IMG/VR virus record: IMGVR_UViG_3300024264_001700
Location: 1-64,000 of that record
DNA length: 64,000 nucleotides
Direction: 5' to 3' (one strand)
DNA from: a virus
This document shows positions 57,474 through 64,000 of this stretch, piece after piece (the first letter of the stretch is position 1; each line of letters begins with the position of its first letter). The notes beneath the pieces were generated by a model that made no database searches, was not told the DNA's origin, and was given only the letters and a program-made list of their open reading frames with translations. A program made the translations under genes and the position numbers.

Positions 57474-58308
57474 TTTCAAACTCCTTATTAATAGCCCTAC
57501 CTAAACTAAATTTATTCATAGCATGAATAGTTAAATCTTTTGTTTTAATAAGTGTATATTCTCCAGTATAATTTTCTTTTTGTATTAAAAATATAATCTC
57601 ATTATTATCTAATTTTATTACAACATCTCTATCTAAAATATGATATAGTCTACCAGATAACGGTGCTGCAAACGTTCCTTTTTGAAATCCATTCATTATG
57701 TGAATAGCAATACTAAAAACAAAATCGTTTCTAAACAGAGCTGGTACTTGATATGAAGATTTATAGTGCCACCAGTTATGTTCGATATGTTTAGCTAAAT
57801 TAAAAAATATGTCATTATTTTTAGTTTTCCTAAAGAAAAATATAGTTGCCCAGTAAAACTCAACACTAGCATCACTTATATGCTTAAACTCAGATTGATC
57901 TCTCCAGTCAGCTAAATCAAAAGAGTCTTTATATATCTGAAAATCTTGTAGGCTAGAAAAGGCTTCCTTTAATTTATCATTACATATTATTATGTCAGTA
58001 TCCATTACAATTGTTTCGTCATACGGACTTAACTCATATGACAAAGTTCGAGAATTATTGCGCCATGGAAGTCGATACTGAGATAAAGAACCGTCAAAAT
58101 AAGTTTTAATATTTGATTTTAAATTTTCTTCATTTAATTTAATAACATTATCAAAAACTTCAAAAGATTCTGCATAACCTACAGAATCTGTCACAACGGA
58201 TACTGGAAGATCTAAATAAGTTTTACACCTTTTGGCAACAAACGCTGCTTGCTTTACATAATCTACTTTTTCGTTATTATTTGCAAATAATAATATACCT
58301 TTAGTCAT
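57466..58308 (-). CDS. GT-A glycosyltransferase (paralog of 56634-57473)
   Basis: MTKGIL..A.N, SPYDETIVMDTD, FRNDFVFSIA, IHAMNK. Confidence 0.72.
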   Translation of the reverse strand: MTKGILLFANNNEKVDYVKQAAFVAKRCKTYLDLPVSVVTDSVGYAESFEVFDNVIKLNEENLKSNIKTYFDGSLSQYRLPWRNNSRTLSYELSPYDETIVMDTDIIICNDKLKEAFSSLQDFQIYKDSFDLADWRDQSEFKHISDASVEFYWATIFFFRKTKNNDIFFNLAKHIEHNWWHYKSSYQVPALFRNDFVFSIAIHIMNGFQKGTFAAPLSGRLYHILDRDVVIKLDNNEIIFLIQKENYTGEYTLIKTKDLTIHAMNKFSLGRAINKEFEND

Positions 58309-58651
58309 AATCTACTAATTTTTCTACTGATCTTTGAGATTTTAATTTGTTATACTCGGTTAGGTAAGTATTAGATGCAGAAAAGTATACATCGAGTATA
58401 TCAACTAAGAAAGAATTTATATTATCTACATTTACAGGTATATTATTATCATCTATTAAAACTGTATTGTCATTGTCGTTTTCATTTAATAAATTTACAA
58501 AATTTATTAATTCTTTAGTTACAGTAAACTGACATCCATTATAATAATACAACGTATTTTCTATAAATTGTTCATTTAAAATACGCTTTTGATTTGATAA
58601 TGTTACCATGTAATTAGAAAAGTTTAGTGCTTTTTCTAAACGCTCGTCCAT
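58301..58651 (-). CDS. hypothetical protein
   Basis: MDERLEKAL... after GGAG RBS; VLIDDNNIP. Confidence 0.7.
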   Translation of the reverse strand: MDERLEKALNFSNYMVTLSNQKRILNEQFIENTLYYYNGCQFTVTKELINFVNLLNENDNDNTVLIDDNNIPVNVDNINSFLVDILDVYFSASNTYLTEYNKLKSQRSVEKLVDYD

Positions 58652-58677
58652 ATATTTCTCCATATAACTGTAGTTAC

Positions 58678-58706
58678 AGTATATAACAGAAATATATATT
58701 TGTCAA
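58678..58706 (-). promoter_or_regulatory. sigma70-type promoter at the head of the enzyme island
   Basis: minus strand TTGACA(58706-58701)-17 bp-TATACT(58683-58678). Confidence 0.7.
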
Positions 58707-58717
58707 ACAATAAATGA

Positions 58718-59914
58718 CTACAAAGATTGTACTGTAAGCCCAGTTACATTAAATGTTACTGTATTATATGTTACACCGTTAATAATCATTGTACCTAGTG
58801 GTCTATAAAGCTCTACTAGACTCGTTAATGTACCATTAACATTTTCATCAACACCAAAGCCACCTGGACTATCTAGGTCAGCAAACTCTACTTTAAATCC
58901 TAACTGATTATTAGAATTTCTTTTAGCGTATATTCTAAATCTGTTATTTGCATAACTTGCTCCGAATCTTTCAGCTAATAACTGATAGCTAGTTGTTAAA
59001 TTATAAGGAGTAATAGTTGAATCAACAAAGTTTGCTACACCTGATACGTTTACGCCTGTTCTATCAAAAGTTATAGAACCTATACCCGATAACATTGTAG
59101 ACCAATCACCTGATTTAGATCCGCTATACCCTGTTAGCGATGGGGTGAAAATTATCTCGCCAGCGGCATTCCAATATCCAGTTTGTTGTCCTTGTGTAGG
59201 AAATGTAAGATTTATTTCATGTGACCGTGTGCCGTTCCATGCTGATGTTCTAACACTAGTTACTGGAGTATTAGTCCCGTCTCTTAATATTTCTTCTGAA
59301 ACCTGGGACGGGTCTGCAATTAATGCCCTATCAGTTTCAACACTAGACATAAGTGTTTCTAAATCTTGTAAATATGGTTCTGCAATTACATCACCGATTG
59401 CAAGTGCTGCACTATTACCTATTGTAAATGCAGGTCCTACTTGATGTATACGTGCGCTTACTATATCTTTATATAAATTAAAGTAATCTTCAGCTTCTAC
59501 AGATTCTGCATCTAGTTCTGTTAAAATATGTGTATTAGAAGCACCTGAAATAAAATTTAATTGTCTAGTAAAAGATTCATCTAAGTATAATTGTATATTA
59601 TTTCCATCTATTACTTTTACATAATAATGAGAATGCTCATTCATTTCTTCTACAATAGGAGTATTTCCATTTGCATTATATCTTACAAATTGTTTGTCAA
59701 TTAAATTATGACCGCTAATAGTAATTGTATCAGTAGAATAGTTTACATCTGTACTCGGATCAAAAGTTTTATCTACAAATGTAAGAGGAACAACTTGAGA
59801 CGAGCGAACTGTTTGTCCATATCCGGTGCCAGAAGATAAGCTAATTGCATTGCCGTATACAGCTTGTATTCGACTTTGTAAATTATTATATCTTGTTGCT
59901 AAAATCGATACCAA
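58718..59914 (-). CDS. virion structural protein
   Basis: TTG start after GGAG; RYNNLQ..., GYGQ, WNGT, DWSTML shared with 59980-60903; ~85-aa insertion (FDPSTDV...YYVKVIDGNNIQL). Confidence 0.65.
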   Translation of the reverse strand: MVSILATRYNNLQSRIQAVYGNAISLSSGTGYGQTVRSSQVVPLTFVDKTFDPSTDVNYSTDTITISGHNLIDKQFVRYNANGNTPIVEEMNEHSHYYVKVIDGNNIQLYLDESFTRQLNFISGASNTHILTELDAESVEAEDYFNLYKDIVSARIHQVGPAFTIGNSAALAIGDVIAEPYLQDLETLMSSVETDRALIADPSQVSEEILRDGTNTPVTSVRTSAWNGTRSHEINLTFPTQGQQTGYWNAAGEIIFTPSLTGYSGSKSGDWSTMLSGIGSITFDRTGVNVSGVANFVDSTITPYNLTTSYQLLAERFGASYANNRFRIYAKRNSNNQLGFKVEFADLDSPGGFGVDENVNGTLTSLVELYRPLGTMIINGVTYNTVTFNVTGLTVQSL

Positions 59915-59979
59915 AAAACTTCTCCAATTCCTACTATATTATATAGCACATTTTATAGCATATGTCAACTGATTAGAAT

Positions 59980-60903
59980 TTAAATATACGAAATGGTAGT
60001 AAACAGCGGAGTAGGCACATCAACGTGTACACCTGAAGCTCTTTGTACTTGTATTATATTTGAAAGAGATCCTTGTACATTTTCGTCATAGTTTGGATCA
60101 CCTGTATCAAAATCATTATATTCAACTCTAAAATTAATTGTTGCCGAGCCTTCAACGGCCCCTGCAGATACTTTATATATGTTTTCGCTATATACAGAAG
60201 AACCAGATTTTTGAAAAATTGTTGTAAATCCTGGTGTCAAATCAAAATAACCAATTAGTGAACCTGTACCTGAACCTGCTGGTGTTGTTGATGTATGATC
60301 AAAACTAATTATACCAGTATTACTTAACATACTTGCCCAATCAGAACCTTTGGCTCCGACAGTATTACTCAAATTACTAGAAATTCTTATTTCGCCGCCG
60401 CTGTTAAAGAAGTGTCTAATATGATCTTGAGGAGTTACCGAACTGCCATCTGATAAGTTATATCCGCCAAAAACTACATTAAAATCATGTTGTATTGTAC
60501 CATTCCAAGAAGTTGTTCTTGTTACACTTAATCCTGACTGTACCGTCGACTGTTGCGGGCTTAATAAAAATTTATCAGATTCAATATCGATCATTAATTC
60601 TTCAAATGCTCTAAACGAAGTTATATTATACGGAGCATCATCGTCATCTGTAATGACATCTAAGTTTGCAACAAGTTGTCCTATACTATTAGGAATAGTA
60701 CCTGTTTGATGTACTCTAGCATTAATCATATCGGTATATAAACTATTCATATCACTTGCTTGTACTAATGTGTTAGTTAAAACAGAAGAACTTTGTAAAA
60801 GTTGTCCATAACCTTCATTATTTGCGCCTGAACCTAAAATTGTTTCAGCTCTTGCTTGTAAATTATTATATCGTGCTGCTGTAACTAAATTATTAACGGC
60901 CAT
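59980..60903 (-). CDS. virion structural protein
   Basis: Gly/Ser/Thr/Asn-rich; RYNNLQ, GYGQ, WNGT, FFNSGGEI, DWASML; paralog of its neighbour. Confidence 0.65.
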   Translation of the reverse strand: MAVNNLVTAARYNNLQARAETILGSGANNEGYGQLLQSSSVLTNTLVQASDMNSLYTDMINARVHQTGTIPNSIGQLVANLDVITDDDDAPYNITSFRAFEELMIDIESDKFLLSPQQSTVQSGLSVTRTTSWNGTIQHDFNVVFGGYNLSDGSSVTPQDHIRHFFNSGGEIRISSNLSNTVGAKGSDWASMLSNTGIISFDHTSTTPAGSGTGSLIGYFDLTPGFTTIFQKSGSSVYSENIYKVSAGAVEGSATINFRVEYNDFDTGDPNYDENVQGSLSNIIQVQRASGVHVDVPTPLFTTISYI

Positions 60904-60913
60904 AAACGTTTCC

Positions 60914-62428
60914 TTATACTTTTAATACACACTCTACTAGTTTTTCGCCCTCATCATTATTGCTTTCAAGTGCAATGCCCACTAATGCCGACGAAGCAAT
61001 AGTTGTACTTACGCCATCTTCCCATGCATATACTGCTTGACCTTTTGAAACTGGACCTTTTACTCTTACTGGCAAACGTCCTTTAAGACCAATGTACTGG
61101 CCTTCTGCTTCGCTGTTCATCATATATGCTGGATCAGTTGAAACAACTCCGATACACATATTGCTTGCACTTGCTGGTTTAACTTCTGCTTCACCGCCGA
61201 CTGCAACTGCTGTACCTGCTGGTAATTCTTCTGCTGTTGTATATTTTTCTGCTAAGTCAGCATATCTAGCCGATGTTGCAGTACCCTGAAACAGATTTGC
61301 ATATATGTCGCCTTGTGCGTCTCTTACTGCTACAGTATTCGGTGTAGAGGCTGTGGAGCCTGCAGCTAAATTTGCATCTGAATTATCATATTTTAGATTT
61401 TGAGCATTTAATGCCATTCCATTAAATTGTGTTGCATATACTGTTTGCCATTTTCTAGTGCTAGATCCTAAAATGTAAGCATTATCAACACCCGGTGTTA
61501 TACCTAATTGTGTTCCGCTTACTGTTCCGATACTAACTACATCTGTTAATGCTCCTAGATTGTCATTTGTTTTTATAGAAATTTTTGTTGAAGCTCCAGT
61601 ATCATGTTGTAATATTCCATGATTTAAAGTAGGACCAGCTAATCTGTCAACATAGATTTTGAAGTCTTCACTGTATACTCCTGATGAACCGCCTATCGAA
61701 AGCCCAGCATCAACAAACTTACTTCTTACATTAAACTCTGGAGTAATTTTAGATACAAAATTATCTGCTGAAATTCCGCCTAAATTTTCAGCATTAGATG
61801 CTGTACCGTAAAATCTATGGTTTGAGCTTGTTATGCCGTTGGATCCGAGCATAGTATTAACTAATGTAATACCTTGTTTTAGTCTATCAAATCCTGTTAT
61901 AGGGTTTGCTGGGCCAATATCAAATTCGTCAGCACTTACAACTTGAATTACTTCATCATTTACATACGCTAATATAACAGAGTGTGGATTACTTGCTGTG
62001 TCAAGTAGGGTAGCACTTAACATAGTTGTAACACCTTCGCCTGCATTTTGCGGACCTATTAATATAAATCGTGTACCGTTATATACATACAATTGTTCAT
62101 TTAAAGTATCCCACCAAAAATCACCAGTTGCTAATCCTGTAGGTTCAGTATCTGATGTTTCAGAACCTCCTGTTGTACGCCATTTATTTCCATCATAAAA
62201 CTTTAATTTAGTTGCATTACTATCATACCATCCTTGACCGCTTACTGCTCTCGGTGGTGGATTAGCGCCGCTAAAGTTTTCTAGCAAATACAAAAAGTTT
62301 TCATTTTGAATTTCGCCGTATCCTGCATAGTTTTTACCTATAAATTTTAGATCAGTTGTTGTATCAATTGTACCATCTTCTACAACAGCTAAAATAGTAT
62401 TGTTGTATCTATCAATTTGATATGCCAT
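60914..62428 (-). CDS. baseplate/tail fibre-like protein with C-terminal chaperone/autoproteolysis-like domain
   Basis: IGKNYAGYGEIQNENFLYLLENF, GQGWYD/GDFWWD repeats; C-terminal YADLAEKY...IGVVSTDPAY...GLKGRLPVRV. Confidence 0.72.
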   Translation of the reverse strand: MAYQIDRYNNTILAVVEDGTIDTTTDLKFIGKNYAGYGEIQNENFLYLLENFSGANPPPRAVSGQGWYDSNATKLKFYDGNKWRTTGGSETSDTEPTGLATGDFWWDTLNEQLYVYNGTRFILIGPQNAGEGVTTMLSATLLDTASNPHSVILAYVNDEVIQVVSADEFDIGPANPITGFDRLKQGITLVNTMLGSNGITSSNHRFYGTASNAENLGGISADNFVSKITPEFNVRSKFVDAGLSIGGSSGVYSEDFKIYVDRLAGPTLNHGILQHDTGASTKISIKTNDNLGALTDVVSIGTVSGTQLGITPGVDNAYILGSSTRKWQTVYATQFNGMALNAQNLKYDNSDANLAAGSTASTPNTVAVRDAQGDIYANLFQGTATSARYADLAEKYTTAEELPAGTAVAVGGEAEVKPASASNMCIGVVSTDPAYMMNSEAEGQYIGLKGRLPVRVKGPVSKGQAVYAWEDGVSTTIASSALVGIALESNNDEGEKLVECVLKV

Positions 62429-62456
62429 TTAGTTCTACCCTTCGACTGTATTATAT

Positions 62457-62464
62457 TATTTATC
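62457..62464 (-). promoter_or_regulatory. late-type promoter motif
   Basis: GATAAATA on the minus strand upstream of the structural gene starting at 62428. Confidence 0.45.
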
Positions 62465-62476
62465 GTATTTTTGTTA

Positions 62477-64000
62477 TTAAGGCCAACCAGGCGCTAATGT
62501 GTAATCTGTATACACATCACTGCTAAATTGCCACGTATTTCCTACTACTGTAAACTTTTTCAATCCTCTAGATATGCTAACTGCAACGTTTCCTGTAGCA
62601 GGGAAGAAGTTAATATCTTGTACAACTGATTCGTTTTGTGTGCCATTTGAGTCAACAGCAACAAACGACACATTTTTTACAGAATCAATGTCAATATTTG
62701 TTGCAGTAGAACCTGCAAGGTTTTGTGTAACTACAAAGGCTTCTGTGCCTTCTTCTCTTAATCTGTATTCTGCTATTTGTGGTTGACCAGGAACGTATAC
62801 CGGATATACACTCGACATAATATATCCGATTTGATTATCTGTTAATCCTGTAGTATCTAGTGTTAGAGATAAACGTTCGCTTCTATTTTGTATATCAACA
62901 TAATTTTTTGTAGCAACATCTTGAAGTTTTGTTGGATCAGCTAATCCTGTCATTCTTTGATTGTTAACAGTAATTGCGCCAGTTGATGTAATGTTTAGCG
63001 GTGAACTTGTAGTAATAGTTGCTGCGTTTAAATTAATATTGTCGACATTTAAATATTGAAGTGTACCTATTCTCACAAGACCTTCAGCATATAGAACACT
63101 GTTATCTATACTATCTGCAGAAATCTTATTAACTCCGTTAATTTTATAAGATCGGCCTTGAACTACGTCAAAATTAACATTACTTGTCCATGCATTGTTT
63201 ACTCTATTCCATAAAATAGACTTTTCAACTCCGCTTGCTCTTAATATTACGCCACCGCCGTCAACGAATTGATCATCTAAAAGTGTACTATCTTCAGTAA
63301 TACCTAATTCTATATTAATATCTTGTACTTTTAGCACGTTTACATCTACTGAAGTAGATTCTCCTCTTACAGTAAGGTTTCCTTCTATAATAACATCTGT
63401 AGAAACTCCTACTGGAGTATTCGGTGCACCGATATGTAACATTGCTTCAGGAGCACCATTGAAAATACCTACTCTAGCTTCGCTAGAATCAATATATAAA
63501 GCATCAGTAGATACAGTGTCATATGCTGTACCTTTAACTCTAATAGAATAATCGTGATCTGTAAGTTGGTTTTCAGTAATATATGTAGTACCTACAATTT
63601 TTTGCACATTGTTAAGATCGGCACCGATAATAATACCACCATTATTTCTGATAGTTAGTGTGCCTGATGTTTCACCAGCAGCATCATTTGGAAGAAACTG
63701 GTTTGCTGTTAGCACATCACCAGCTTCGTTAATAAGTGCTTCGGACGAAGTTGCTGTTCCTCTAAACTTAAAGTTAGTAGTATCTAATACATTTACACCT
63801 TTTCGAATTGTTCCTGTAGGATTAGATGCTGTTACAAGGTCAGCAATTCTTTCCTCAGGCGTTGGAGTGAAGTCTATATTACTTGTTACAGAAACTAAGT
63901 TACCTGCAACAAATGTTTTTGCAACAGGTCTTGCTCTACTTTGAACGTCTTTAATAGAATCAATTTGAAATCCACTAATACCTTGTAAGGAACTGTACGC
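62477..64000 (-). CDS. baseplate/tail fibre-like protein (5' end outside window)
   Basis: frame is open from 64000 (AYSSLQGISGFQIDSIKD...FRGTATSSEAL) into the tracked ORF; resembles the middle of 60914-62428; ADPTKLQDVATKNYVD fibre motif. Confidence 0.75.
   Translation of the reverse strand, partial: AYSSLQGISGFQIDSIKDVQSRARPVAKTFVAGNLVSVTSNIDFTPTPEERIADLVTASNPTGTIRKGVNVLDTTNFKFRGTATSSEALINEAGDVLTANQFLPNDAAGETSGTLTIRNNGGIIIGADLNNVQKIVGTTYITENQLTDHDYSIRVKGTAYDTVSTDALYIDSSEARVGIFNGAPEAMLHIGAPNTPVGVSTDVIIEGNLTVRGESTSVDVNVLKVQDINIELGITEDSTLLDDQFVDGGGVILRASGVEKSILWNRVNNAWTSNVNFDVVQGRSYKINGVNKISADSIDNSVLYAEGLVRIGTLQYLNVDNINLNAATITTSSPLNITSTGAITVNNQRMTGLADPTKLQDVATKNYVDIQNRSERLSLTLDTTGLTDNQIGYIMSSVYPVYVPGQPQIAEYRLREEGTEAFVVTQNLAGSTATNIDIDSVKNVSFVAVDSNGTQNESVVQDINFFPATGNVAVSISRGLKKFTVVGNTWQFSSDVYTDYTLAPGWP

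Noticed and set aside
62477-63715. ORF-track start at 63715
   Set aside because: The frame stays open to the window edge at 64000, so the gene begins outside the window
1-64000. Stop-codon reassignment, tRNA genes, or a cellular or eukaryotic-virus origin
   Set aside because: Genes are full length in the standard code, intergenic gaps show no cloverleaf, and SD sites, sigma70 promoters and tail-like genes indicate a bacteriophage

Overview
This is an AT-rich, gene-dense segment of a large tailed dsDNA phage with distant T4-like replication genes (family B DNA polymerase, DsbA-like protein, probable sliding clamp, RNase H/5'-3' exonuclease). It carries sigma70-type early promoters and (G/C/T)ATAAATA late-type motifs. 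I saw no rRNA, tRNA, CRISPR array or mobile element. The + strand arm (1-26.7 kb) holds the replication genes, a carbamoyltransferase and a nucleotide-sugar module. It also holds a 7-deazaguanine DNA-modification locus (TGT/DpdA-like, a QueD paralog with an LxxxHRHxF motif, a glycosyltransferase, a PRTase, FolE, QueE), a MoxR/VWA pair and a fibre-like protein. The - strand arm (26.7-64 kb) starts with virion structural genes and runs into an unusual ~32 kb tailoring-enzyme island. The island has 12 radical SAM enzymes in three architectures, 11 Fe(II)/2OG oxygenase-like proteins and five glycosyltransferase-like proteins. It also has a QueC-like PP-loop ATPase, sulfotransferase, desaturase, kinase-like, methyltransferase-like and GNAT-like proteins, and a nitroreductase. 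The best candidates for undescribed biology are this island and a possibly glycosylated 7-deazaguanine base. All calls come from reading motifs by eye; no searches were run.
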